Below, one piece after another: positions 26,672 to 38,135 of a stretch of 64,000 nt of DNA. This stretch comes from Spizellomyces punctatus DAOM BR117 (taxonomy: Eukaryota). The DNA lies in the NCBI GenBank assembly GCA_000182565.2, contig KQ257455.1; one strand, written 5' to 3'. Made by a program: the position numbers and the translations under genes. Numbering within the stretch: the first letter of the stretch is position 1; each line of letters begins with the position of its first letter. The notes beneath the pieces were generated by a model. It made no database searches. It was not told the origin of the DNA and was given only the letters and a program-made list of their open reading frames with translations.

Positions 26672-26680
26672 CTGATTGGT
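26672..26680. promoter_or_regulatory. Reverse CCAAT box (CTGATTGGT) in the RPS30/SEC27 divergent promoter
   Basis: NF-Y consensus next to GCCGCGCG. Confidence 0.45.
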
Positions 26681-27008
26681 TGAAATCCCGTGACTTGAAA
26701 GAGCTCTGAGTGACTCATTTATGGTTCGAGTGTATGGCATGTTTGGTTTGGCCAACGGCTGGTTGCCTTCCTTCTCGAGTTTGTCGCGGGATCGTGTTTT
26801 CGATTTTGGTGTCGACGAGAACGGCGGCAATCGGGACTTTCTCCGTCGTGTGCTGTTCATAGCAAAGCTTTCCCGTCCGCCTTAGAGGTCCATTGAGGTC
26901 AGTATTCAGGTTGCAACGTGTTGGAGGCGCTTGGAACGGAGGAAACTGACATTTCGACTTTGTTAGTCCCATCGTTAGCCACTTTCAGTTTCCTTCCGTC
27001 ACATAGCT

Positions 27009-30000
27009 ATGGTATGTTTTCCCACTGTACACAAATATTCATTGGCTGCCATTGACAGCATCACTTGACTGATACGATTGGTTGTTTGGTTGTTTTCAAA
27101 TAGCCTCTCCGGTTGGATATAAAGGTAAGCATACGGCATTTACTTGGCGTAGGCCGACAAGCAATTGTGGGACATTATTTATCACCTCGTCTCAAACCCA
27201 TAGCGAAAGCTATCAAGTCGATCCGACCGAGTAAAGTCAGTCGACTTTCATCCAACGGAACCTTGGCTTCTTGCGGCCCTGTACAACGGTACAGTGTATA
27301 TATGGAACCATGAGAACCAGGTACGACCGGCGTCACAGCTTGCGTAGGTCGTATCTTGTCATTAGTGTGACATGCTTGCTCCCCAGAACCTCGTGAAAAC
27401 TTTTGAAATAACGGACCTTCCTGGTTAGTTGTCGTATCCTCAAATCGCCGGTGATTGCAATCGCTTATTAAAATTCATCATGGCTAGTCCGAGCGGCCAG
27501 ATTCATTGCGCGCAAATCATGGTTGATTGCTGGTTCCGATGATATGCAGGTTCGCGTCTTCAACTACAATACCCATGAAAAAGTGACGGCATTCGAGGCA
27601 CATCAAGATTACATCCGCAACATCGCCGTGCATCCAACGCAACCTTACGTGCTGACTTGCTCGGATGATATGCTGATCAAATTGTGGGATTGGGAGAAGG
27701 GATGGCGAAATATCATGGTATGGTGCGAATGCATGGAGTGTCTGCGTCGTATGAAGCTCCTGAACACATGCGCGCCTTAGGTGTTCGAAGGACACACACA
27801 CTATGTCATGCAAGTCAACTTCAACCCAAAGGACGGGAATACGTTTGCCAGTGCGTCGCTTGATCGCACAGTCAAGGTACCGTAGAATATACCATTGATG
27901 AAATCAAAAGGCGAGTCGTCGCGCTGATTTGCATTCTTACAGGTCTGGTCACTTGGATCAAGTGTACCAAATTATACATTAGAAGGCCACGAGAAGGGCG
28001 TCAACTGTGTGGATTATTACCATGGAGGAGACAAGCCTTATCTTATAACTGGTGCTGATGACAAGTATGAGCACATAACGACCGCGCTGCAGACGCGAGC
28101 AGTCTCTCATGTGACTTTCTGTCTTCTAGACTAGTCAAGGTTTGGGATTACCAAAACAAGACTTGTGTCCAGACCTTGGAGGGGCATACTCAGAATGTCA
28201 CCGTCGCTTGCTTCCATCCGGAACTTCCCATCATTATCACTGCCAGTGAAGATGGTAAACTTGTAATGTCGTGATATCATGCCGTGTTATCACGCTGACT
28301 GAGTTTATTAGGTACTGTACGTCTTTGGCATGCCAATACATACCGCCTGGAAAACACCCTCAACTATGGAATGGAACGGGCGTGGGCTGTGGCTTATTCC
28401 CGTGGCAGCAACGATGTCGCCTTTGGATATGACGAGGGAACCATTGCCATCAAGGTGCGTGTCACTACCATCGCTGATATGCTTGTGCGACGCCGATTCA
28501 TTGCTAAGGGTTCATCTATAATAGCTTGGGCGGGAAGAGCCAGCAGTGAGCATGGACAATGGAGGAAAGATCATTTGGGCACGTCACAGTGAAATTCTAA
28601 CGGCGAACGTTAAAGCGAGTGTGGACGAAAGCATAAAGGACGGCGAACGGATTAGCCTTGCAACCAAGGAACTGGGAAGCTGTGAGATCTACCCGCAGAT
28701 GCTGCAGCACAGTCCGAATGGCCGCTTCGTTGTGGTGTGCGGGGATGGCGAGTATATTATCTACACTGCACTGGCATGGCGAAACAAGAGCTTTGGAAGC
28801 GCCTTGGAGTTTGTTTGGGCATTGGATTCCAATGAGTGGGTATTGGCGAAATGATATTGCAGCTAGGCACATTCAATTAACCTAGTAGGGTATAGGTACG
28901 CTATCCGCGAATCCTCGTCAAAGGTCAAAGTCTTTAAGAACTTCAAGGAAAAGACCGATGTGGTTATCAGACCCACATATAGTGCGGAAGGAATTTACGG
29001 CGGAGCGCTCCTCGGTATTCGTGGTAGCAACTTCCTGAACTTCTATGACTGGGAGACTGGTGTGTGCGTGCGTAGGGTTGATGTGGTTGCACGGAATGTA
29101 GGTTTTCTTTTGAAGGAAATTGCCAAAATGACCCGCGCTCTTGCTGACAGCATTACAACCTTAGGTATATTGGTCCGAATCAGACTTGGTAGCGATTGTC
29201 TGTGATGACACGACCTACGTTCTCAAGTTCAACCGAATTGCATACCAGCAATACGTGGAAAGGCACGGAGCTAACACGGTTGGCGAGGAAGGAATTGAGG
29301 AGGCGGTGGAGTTTGTTACCGAGATCGCAGAAAGGTGAGTACCCCGCATCGCAATCTCTTGATCACATGTTGACGCACCTGCTTGTGTAGCGTGAAGACG
29401 GGATGTTGGGTTGGCGATAGCTTTATATACACGAACTCGGCCAACCGGCTGAACTACCTGGTTGGAGGACAAACGTCTACTCTTGCCCATTTTGACACGA
29501 CTATGTACGTCCTCGGTTACATCAACCGAGTGTACCTGTCGGATAAGGACCTCAACGTGTCGAGCTACGCCCTTCCCATCACGCTTATTCAATACCAAAC
29601 CGCTGTCCTACGAGGTGATTTGGCAACGGCGGATAGCTTACTGCCAAGTGTTCCAGCAGATCAAAGAAATCGGGTGGCCAAGTTTTTGGAGAGCCAGAAT
29701 ATGAAGGAGCAAGCTCTGGCTGTGACGGCGGATCCAGAGCACCGATTCGATCTTGCTATTCAGCTTCAAAAGCTGGATGTAGCTCATGAAGTTGCTCAGT
29801 CTCTCGATCAGGCGGACAAGTGGAAGACTGTCGGAGACAAGGCCTTGGAAATGTGGCAGTTTGGATTGGCAGAAGATTGTCTCAAGAACGCAAAGGACTT
29901 TGAGGGCTTGTTGCTAATGTACCAGGCAGCAGGAAACAGTCAAGGTCTAGCACAACTTGCCGAGCTCGCGGTAGAGCAGGGCAGGAACAATATCGCTTTC

Positions 30001-30866
30001 ATGTCATATTTGCTTCGCGGAGACATTGAGCAATGCATTGACCTCTTGACGTCCACGGATCGTATCCCTGAAGCTGCATTGTTGGCGCGTACCTACATGC
30101 CGAGTCAAGTACCCCGTGTTGTCAATCTTCTGCGCCAGTCTCTCATAAAGGACAACAAGGCCAAGGTTGCAGAAGCGATAGCAGGACCCACTGAAAATGA
30201 GGAACTGTTCCCAGACTTCAAGTATGGTCTGTTTGCTGAGGAGGGATTCAAACGGCGACGGGAGAAGGGACCAGTGCCTGCGACGGAATATTTAGAATGG
30301 AAGGACAGTTTGGAGTGGGACGTGGTCGGCCGTGAGTACGGTCTGGGGACGCCATTGTTTGACACATACTGATATTGCTGTAATGAGCAGAACTGAAGGA
30401 ACGATTCCCTGACGGTCCACCAGAGTTGCAACCTGAGGTGAATGGAGATAACCGTGGAGGACCACGTGTTCGATTGAACCTGGAGGAAGGCCATATTCCT
30501 GGTGATGAAGAGGTGTGCATGATCGTTCTGTGCTCGAAATTTTGGATGCAATCGCCTAATGCGTTGTGAATCACATGCTTCCAGACCAGATCGTTCACCT
30601 CTGACGAACGGTTCGACGCAATATCCGACAACATGAGCCATATGAGTCTGGAAGTAAACACTACAGGCACGGGGTCACTACGGGTAAGTGATGATGCACT
30701 CAAATCGGCCCACTCTCAACAAACGTGCTGACTTGACTTTGTCTCGCAGGGAGACTTGGATTTTGATGACCTGGCATCGTTCCCTGATGCCGGAAGTGTT
30801 GGAGACCTCAATCCAGAAGATGAAGATATTGACAAATTTCTAGCCTCTACATCAGGATCTGTCTAA
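27009..30866 (+). CDS. SEC27: Coatomer subunit beta' (COPB2)
   Basis: [73 protein letters not shown]; acidic tail. Confidence 0.96.
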
Positions 30867-30972
30867 AATTGTAATATGAAACATCTTATACATTTGTTGC
30901 TGCGATAACTGCGAACCTTGCTTCACGTGCGTGAAATAAATAAATAGATTGCAGGAAAGGCACCCCGATGTT

Positions 30973-31383
30973 CTACCATAACCACCATCGTTTATTCTTC
31001 CCCTGTGGCAGCTCCCCTTCCCCTTTTCCTGGTTGTCCCGCCTGCATTTTCAGTTTCTCGTCTCTCAACCTTTGCACCTGTTCGGTCAAGTCCTGCATTC
31101 CCGCGTCCTCCCGTAACCGCGTCTCTTCAAAAGTGAGTCGTGTCCAAAGGTATTGAAGAGATATTAGGGTTAGGGAGCTGTACAGAAGGAATGTGCTGAT
31201 GGGTGTTCCGAAGCGCTGGGCAAATGTTAAGGATTGCACTTGCTGTGTGGCATATCCTGTCAAATGTCGGAATGTTAACATCATTTCCGTAAACATCGAG
31301 GCTGGCAAAATAAAGGAGAACCTACCTCTTATTCCTATTTGGAGCCGTCCTTGTGTTATCCTAAAGCGATCCATCGGTGCCAT
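30973..31383 (-). CDS. Small mitochondrial inner-membrane protein, Ina17-like
   Basis: A 69-nt in-frame intron (31257-31325) gives the presequence ..GIRGYAT. It is followed by RFGTPISTFLLY TM, a coiled coil and C-terminal KRWWLW. Confidence 0.6.
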   Translation of the reverse strand: MAPMDRFRITQGRLQIGIRGRFSFILPASMFTEMMLTFRHLTGYATQQVQSLTFAQRFGTPISTFLLYSSLTLISLQYLWTRLTFEETRLREDAGMQDLTEQVQRLRDEKLKMQAGQPGKGEGELPQGKNKRWWLW

Positions 31384-31524
31384 TTGCGAGTGAATGTCCA
31401 ATTGAACATATGTTCTCCGTCCTGCTTGCAAGGTCAAGTGGCACAGTTCTTCAATGACTCACACTTGCGATCTTTCCAAGCACCACTTTGGACGGACATT
31501 TTGAACCGAATTCCAAAGCCAATC

Positions 31525-31737
31525 ATGTCGACGGCACCCCGATTAGTCCGCTACACATCCTTCATATCGCCCACAATTGACCCGTTCCTGTTCAGTTCCA
31601 TCGGGTTTGCGGGCTACCTTATTCATGAGCGGGAAGCGCATCCGGATCCTCAGGAGAAGCTAGGGGCGTTGATTAGGAGGAAGGTGGAGAGGATAAAAAA
31701 CGGAGTGAACGAGCGGACAGTAACGGATGGACAATGA
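31525..31737 (+). CDS. NCE101: Non-classical export protein 1-like
   Basis: FISPTIDPFLFSSIGFAGYLIHERE..L..LIRRK matches the NCE101 pattern. Confidence 0.7.
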   Translation: MSTAPRLVRYTSFISPTIDPFLFSSIGFAGYLIHEREAHPDPQEKLGALIRRKVERIKNGVNERTVTDGQ

Positions 31738-31927
31738 AGTGGCGATAGTATATGAGAGCGAGGCGAGCCATGTTGCGTTGTGGAGACGCATTGTAGAGCC
31801 TGCTTCATTCTCTGCTTCCCATACGATCGAGCCACAAACCGAGATACCTGAGCAACTGGAACCTCCAAGTAGCCTGAAGGACACTCTTTCGCTGTGGATT
31901 CGCCGCCCGGGTGCTATGGAAGAATGA
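31727..31927 (+). CDS. Putative 66-aa acidic protein overlapping the NCE101 stop
   Basis: ATG-initiated ORF MDNEVAIVYE.. starts inside the end of NCE101 and is followed by an AT-rich 3' region. No recognisable family. Confidence 0.35.
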   Translation: MDNEVAIVYESEASHVALWRRIVEPASFSASHTIEPQTEIPEQLEPPSSLKDTLSLWIRRPGAMEE

Positions 31928-32252
31928 CAATATAGGCGCAATGGGATAGTGATACTTATTTATTGAGAATATTTTGCATAAGCGCTTAGGTCTCACATTT
32001 CGCATGGGGGCCATAGTCTAAGAGAAGAGATTAAATACATAATGCGAACGTGCAAAATAAAGTGATTGGACGGGTATCCACGGGCAAAGTGGTGAAGAGT
32101 TGCGGGGCCCCTGAGCCTCAGAGGTATTTGACAGTTGACGACAACGACGCACGCCAATTCTGCGGGGAAAAGGTATGGCGGGGACGGCACGAACGGGTCA
32201 CTACCCATGGACAAATAAATCGGGTGAAGGAAGGCAGTTGAAAATCTGCGCA

Positions 32253-33784
32253 TCACCCATCCCAGGCCGCCGCAATTTCCTTTTCTCTTGCTTCTTTAGC
32301 TTTCCTCTGTTCCTCTCGTTTATCTGGTCAATCCATAGTTTGTCAGCACCAAATTAGTTCAACTTTGATTGCGTTGATTTTCATACCTTTTGCTTCCTGC
32401 AATTTCTGTCTATCCCTCGCCGCTTCTTCCTCTGTCTTTCGTTTTGAACGTACTCCAAGAGCACCGGCTACGAGACGCCTTGCGACCATATCTGTGTTAT
32501 AAGTTCAGCATCAATGGTTGGTGTGACAGACGGGCTAAGATGGCATCATCCAACCTGTCATGATGGGCCGAGGCGCCAATGGTCGGTCTGCGGAGATTAT
32601 AACAAAACAATCAAGACGTCAGCCGCACAACTAAATGGGTATAACGTATACGAAGGCAATTCCTAAAAACCCACCAGATGCCGTGTCCCTCGATACCTTT
32701 CCAGTGTAAGGTTTGACCTAAACCACGCGGGTTAGCACATCACCAAATATTGTGAGCCAAAGCTGCCCTTCACACCTTGATGAAGGGATTGCCCAATGCG
32801 GCAGCATAGGCTGCCTTTGCTGTGCGAGTGCCAAATCTAATGTCAACTACCCCATTCGTGGACAACCTTGAAATGCGCCTGGTGTTTGGTACCTGTATCA
32901 GGATGTTGAAAAATTATCAAGGCTTGGGTATCGCTAATCCACTTGATCCGATATCCTCCCCTCGAGTGGCTAAAGTCTTGAAAGATTTCTTCGATATCAT
33001 GTGTTTTGAAAGCTGCAGGAAAATCATACACATCGAGCACAGTCGTTGGGCCTACGAAAGACAATTAAGCAGACGTTCAAACATGATAATTTGCAAAACA
33101 TGTCCGAACCATCTAATGGTTCCAAGTCTTCAACTGTTCCGGCGACACGGGTGGTTGATCTAGTGTTATCGGTGTCGGGTTGTACCATTACTGGTATGAT
33201 TTGATCCTCTTCATCGAGTCGTTCCCAATCGTCTTCCTCCGAGTCACTATCGGGTTTAGCTGAACCTCCATCAACACTAGATGTTGAAGATTCGTCTTGG
33301 AGTGATAATTTGCCTAATTTCTCAGAAAGTCGTTTCGCGGATTGGGCTGCAGCTTGTCCGCCGCCATTTTCCTTGGCACTATCTATATCATGTTGCCATT
33401 GAGGATACACTCTAGTAGGTGCTGCCCGTTCGCGACGACCCATTTTCTCCTCGGCATTCTTGTCCCCATCATGACTTGATATGCGAGTAAATTGCCCACG
33501 TCCCTTGCGTACTGGCGTACCGGAAGGTGTAGAACGCTGTCGTACAGGACTTGACGAACGACTGGATGCTGGTGAATTCTGGACTTCAGTTTTAATCTCA
33601 GTGGCCTGGAGCGAGAAAGAACGGTATTCAGCAAGCACAGTTACATGCAAGTAACAGATGCACATTGGAATAGTACCTCGGCTGGTACCGTTTCCTGGTT
33701 GTTTGGTTCTTCCAGAGCACCTCGGCGGTGTCGGGGTACGTACAATGCAGCCGCTGCCTTATGCCCTTTCTTACTCGCCGACAT
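32253..33784 (-). CDS. R3HCC1/R3HCC1L-like protein with an RRM-like domain
   Basis: LYVPRHRR, DDWE, VLDVYDFPAAFKTHDI..YRIKWISDTQALIIF, VARRLVAGALGV and ..AAWDG*. Confidence 0.85.
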
Positions 33785-34091
33785 GACTGGCACAGCATAC
33801 AGCAAGATGACAGACAAAACCAAGTAAGGCTCTTGTCCGGAGACAGAGCTCACAGCCGCGGGGAAAACGGGATACGATCTTGCCCTCCTCCTCCTGCTGT
33901 TGGGGAAAGCCGCCCAGGCACAAGAAGAGTCGATTGTGGTCAGTTGATCACGTGGGTCCATGTGTCATCCAGTCGCCGGGCTAAGCTTCAAGGTGGATGA
34001 CCATACGACGAAATAAAAGCTTGCATGTACATTCCTCGCATTTGTTTCTAATATACATAAGGAAAACAAACTCGGACATTAATTACGACTC

Positions 34092-35093
34092 TCAACTTGC
34101 CCATGCACCGCCTTTTCCCCCACTGACGTTTTTAAGGCCACCAACGCCCCTTAGGAGTGGATTCGTCACTCCGAACAAGGAGGTACCCGGTGGATGAACA
34201 ACGGTTGCATGACATCCATACAAAACCCGAAAAGCTTTGATTAGTTCTGGATCTTTGACTGGTGGTTGCTCGCGAATTTTGACTTTAATTGTAGTCGACG
34301 CTGGTGAGGGCGATTCGTGTGTTTGTGCAGAAAAGGGTGTGTACTTGAATAAATCCACTGGTTCCTTCTTCACTCTTGAAGCTGATATTGACGAAGAACT
34401 TTCTGAGCGTCGTTTTGCTTTTGGTTCTCGAACGGGTGAGGCAGATCGTGATTGTCTTCGACTATTTGACAATGTCTCTAACATGCTCGTCGGGCTGTTC
34501 ACGCGCTTTCGTTTGAAGGCAGCATCATCTGGGTCACGCTGAGAAGACACCGGGGGAGTGGATTTGCTGGGTCGGTAATGATAGGCGTCCCCATCAACCG
34601 AGCGCCGATGGTCGTCGATATTGTTGATCCTAACTCCTTTTGATGAGACCTCACAGCAGTCCTCGTGTTTTCGCAGCACTCTCTGCAGCTCATGCAGCTC
34701 AGAACTGGTTGTCGAGTCAGGATATGGGTCCACGTGTTCCGATTGCCTCATTGCCCACATTTTTGCCAGCACCGCAATATCCATTCGCCGTGTATGCTCG
34801 ACAATGTCGTGCAAACCAGCATGTCCCAATCGTGTCAGCGAGCAGATCCATGCTTCTCGCCCATTCCCACTTTGATCCTTGATCTGAACGAAACGGAGTG
34901 TGCTGGACGGTTGTGAGCAGGCGGTCTGGACACAATCTGCCCAGCTCTTGAAGTACCGAGACCAACTTCCTTCCCCAGCAGTGCGTTCGTAGGACTGTTG
35001 CAAGTATGACAATCTCACAAACACCTTTCTAGGAGGGAACAAGGCCGCTAGCGTATGGGCGAACCGGGAAGAGTTTGGGGAGATGTCCTGCAT
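34092..35093 (-). CDS. Hypothetical protein (Ser/Arg-rich C-half; 5' end uncertain)
   Basis: 333-codon ORF with NLS-like KRKR; no family recognised. Confidence 0.55.
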   Translation of the reverse strand: MQDISPNSSRFAHTLAALFPPRKVFVRLSYLQQSYERTAGEGSWSRYFKSWADCVQTACSQPSSTLRFVQIKDQSGNGREAWICSLTRLGHAGLHDIVEHTRRMDIAVLAKMWAMRQSEHVDPYPDSTTSSELHELQRVLRKHEDCCEVSSKGVRINNIDDHRRSVDGDAYHYRPSKSTPPVSSQRDPDDAAFKRKRVNSPTSMLETLSNSRRQSRSASPVREPKAKRRSESSSSISASRVKKEPVDLFKYTPFSAQTHESPSPASTTIKVKIREQPPVKDPELIKAFRVLYGCHATVVHPPGTSLFGVTNPLLRGVGGLKNVSGGKGGAWAS

Positions 35094-35511
35094 TGTGCTC
35101 TGCCGAGATCACGCTGAATTTGCAAGTGCCAGATGTAGTGCCCGTCTGTCCAAACACATTAAAGCACATTCGAACCAGCTTACGCGAACATGCCAGTCGC
35201 AAACGCCGATCACCTCTGGCCTTCACCAACTCGACTACGTTAGCTGTCTTTCTTTCATACATTGTTTACATTGGGATATGGAAAACATTTCACTCCTTTT
35301 CCTTGGACTTCGAAGCACACTCACCATGCCTTGGATCTTCTCAACGGACGAAACATCGAGTCCGTCTGATAATGTCTCTGGAATGAATTACAAGGGATTC
35401 TGCAGTGACAGACAATCAACGCCCGCTCGTCTTATTATTTTGTTTGAATATTGATATAACTAACAGGCTACTTCAATTGTAACAATTATTACTGTTGATC
35501 CGCCGTCTCCT

Positions 35512-36480
35512 TCACGCCAGACAAACAAGTTCCTCGCCTGTAGCCAGTTTCTGAAAACGGCGGACCAAGCCTGATGCTACCCATCTTTTTCTACCATCGC
35601 TGCTCCGTTTTGCTATCAATTTCTCTATTCCTCCTTCAACCGCTCGCCTTGTTTTCTCTCGGATACCCCAAACCTTGTCTACGTCTTCCCAGTTTCCGTT
35701 TAACTTGTCACATCTAATTGGCCTGCCAAAGCGGAAATACTGCATTTCATAGCTTACTGGTAGGCAAATAGGAAGGCTCATGCCCTTTCGTTCGTCCCGA
35801 ATCACCTTGCTCATAAATCCATCCGGTATAGCTACATCCGTAAGTATGTGTAGCATGTCCTCGCATCCAATGCCAGATATGGGCACGATAGTATACTGAT
35901 GCTGGACAGCGAGACGGGCAAATCCAGCTCTTTTTCGCCACTGGAGGCTATACTTTCTGTCTGATTTTTTACGGTAAACCTCGTGGTGTCCTCCGGGGAG
36001 GACAAGGAGGTTGTGGCCCTTAGCCATTGCGTCAGCTACTGATGCGGGATCTCCGTTAATTGCACCAAGAGCTGTGAGCAAATCTGCCCACAGCGGTATT
36101 TTGAGGTGAACGCGATCCATAATACCACGTGGGAGACGTCCTGTCAGTAAATAAACGGTCGACAAAGTAGTGGCAAGCTCGAGCGCCAGCAGCTGATGAT
36201 TTTCCACATAAAGGATGCGGGAATTCTGCTCAGTGAGTTGAGCGACTATCGCCTCATTTTGAACTGTTACTGGGAATATGGTCAGAACGAGGCGGGCAAG
36301 AGGGCGCAAGATAAAGTCTGGTGGTTGCTGCCAGGTTTGGGCTCGCCGAGCAAGTGTCGCTCGACGGTGTTGCTCCAAGAATACGACGAGATAAAAGGGC
36401 CACAGGACAGCATATCGTAAAGCTGCATAAAGATCGCTAGGCTTCAGATTTCGAAATTTGGTTGAAAGACGATGAACCAT
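35512..36480 (-). CDS. PlsC/DAGAT-superfamily acyltransferase (TMEM68 / phytyl-ester-synthase type)
   Basis: Intronless. LYVENHQLLALE, LVLPGG..E, W.KRAGFARLA, IVP..G.ED and YFRFGRPI. Confidence 0.85.
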   Translation of the reverse strand: MVHRLSTKFRNLKPSDLYAALRYAVLWPFYLVVFLEQHRRATLARRAQTWQQPPDFILRPLARLVLTIFPVTVQNEAIVAQLTEQNSRILYVENHQLLALELATTLSTVYLLTGRLPRGIMDRVHLKIPLWADLLTALGAINGDPASVADAMAKGHNLLVLPGGHHEVYRKKSDRKYSLQWRKRAGFARLAVQHQYTIVPISGIGCEDMLHILTDVAIPDGFMSKVIRDERKGMSLPICLPVSYEMQYFRFGRPIRCDKLNGNWEDVDKVWGIREKTRRAVEGGIEKLIAKRSSDGRKRWVASGLVRRFQKLATGEELVCLA

Positions 36481-36716
36481 CGTTCGTTTTCGTCGTTTCT
36501 CCTTCGTTCGTGGAAAGTTTAAGTAAGGATCGGGGCGATCGGCGGGAACTGCAACTTTATAGCCAGCTGACCAACCTGGTTTGACATTCGAATGGAAGGC
36601 TTAGGCAGGAGATTTGGTTTGCCAACTCGTCAGCGATTCTCCGTTTTCGTCAAAGCCATCTGTACCTACGTAAAGGCGAGGCGCAAGACGTACGTTGCGG
36701 CATCTGTTTCCTCGAA

Positions 36717-38029
36717 ATGTCCTCCAAACATGTGCGTATTCGTTTCCTTCGGGGACAATATGTGAATGGGACACTGATGTAAACTTGTGTAGAGCAATCA
36801 CCGACAGCCACTATATCAGACGGAGATTCAGCAGGTGGGTGACTGGCCTTCCCGCCTTCAGAGCCACAGGAGAGACCGTCTCAATTTCTTGTACAGATGA
36901 TGTATGTTTTTGGAGAAGTCACCGAGCCGCTTGAGGAAACGACGTTGTTAATTGAGGAGATTGTGCGATCGCAAATGATTGAAATTGTCCGTCAATGCTT
37001 TGGCAAGGGTCCTTTTACGTGCACTCGGAAACTGATATCTGATGCATTCTAGATAGTACGAGCTGTGCAGCAAGCAGCAAAGCGCAATTCTCGGTTCCTC
37101 ATTGCTGAAGATTTGATATTCTTGATTCGCCACGATCGCCAAAAAGTCAATACCCTCCGAACATTTCTTACATACAAGGACGCCCAAAAGTCTGCCAAGA
37201 AGAACCCTGCTCCTGTGGAACAGATTGCGGATGATGAGGGGTTGGACGACTCTGGAGGAAGTAAGGGTCTCACAGTTTGTCGGAGTGCTGGTCGATAAGT
37301 TGTTCACTGGTGATGGTATTGCTTCCTTTAAGCCGGCATGGTGCGGAAGAAAATCAAGTTCTCCTGGGACATAATAAATCACTACAGCTCTGTGCTTGAA
37401 GATGACGATGACGACATTGTAGATGAAGATGAGCAGCAGGCGTACGAATACCAAATTGCGCGTTTAAAGGTAGGCGCAGACTCTTTCATTTGCTTATTGA
37501 AGATTTTGCTTTGATTAATGTTGCGTGTGTCTCTTCCAGACAGCTGACGAGGTCACCCGCACAATGACAAAGGAAGAATACATGTATTATTCAGAATGTC
37601 GGCAAGCATCTTTTACATATAAAAAATTGGCGCGGTTTCGAAAATGGTGTGAAATGGGAACGTGAGTAGCCAGTCCCTTGTAAACCAATGTGCATCAGCA
37701 CTAACAGTACTTTTAGATACTATGAAAACAAACCCATTGCAGAAGTCATAGACATTCTTGGCTTCCTCGCATATGAAATGGTATCAAAGCTAACGGAAAC
37801 TGGACTCAAAATCAAAAAAGAATGGGACGAACGAAAAATGGATGAAAAGGAAAAAGCGAAGCGAGTTCAGGAGAAGAAGAATGTAGGGTTGTTTGCAAAG
37901 CCTACACATGAGCAGAAGCCCTTGCATCCTGTACATATTCACGAGGCATTTCGACGACTCCAGAAAATGTCGCAACCGATGAGTAACTTTAGAGGTGGAT
38001 TAGTACGAACGAATTTGGCGCTTATATAG
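36717..38029 (+). CDS. SPT3: SAGA subunit Spt3
   Basis: [64 protein letters not shown] and FRGG. Confidence 0.95.
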
Positions 38030-38135
38030 ATAGAGTTGCATGCATGAAATTAATATTTTTGTATATACAAGCAGGCCGCATTGCAGGCAATACACTCGCT
38101 GCCACATGCGCCTAAAGTGTCTAACGTCTAGATCC

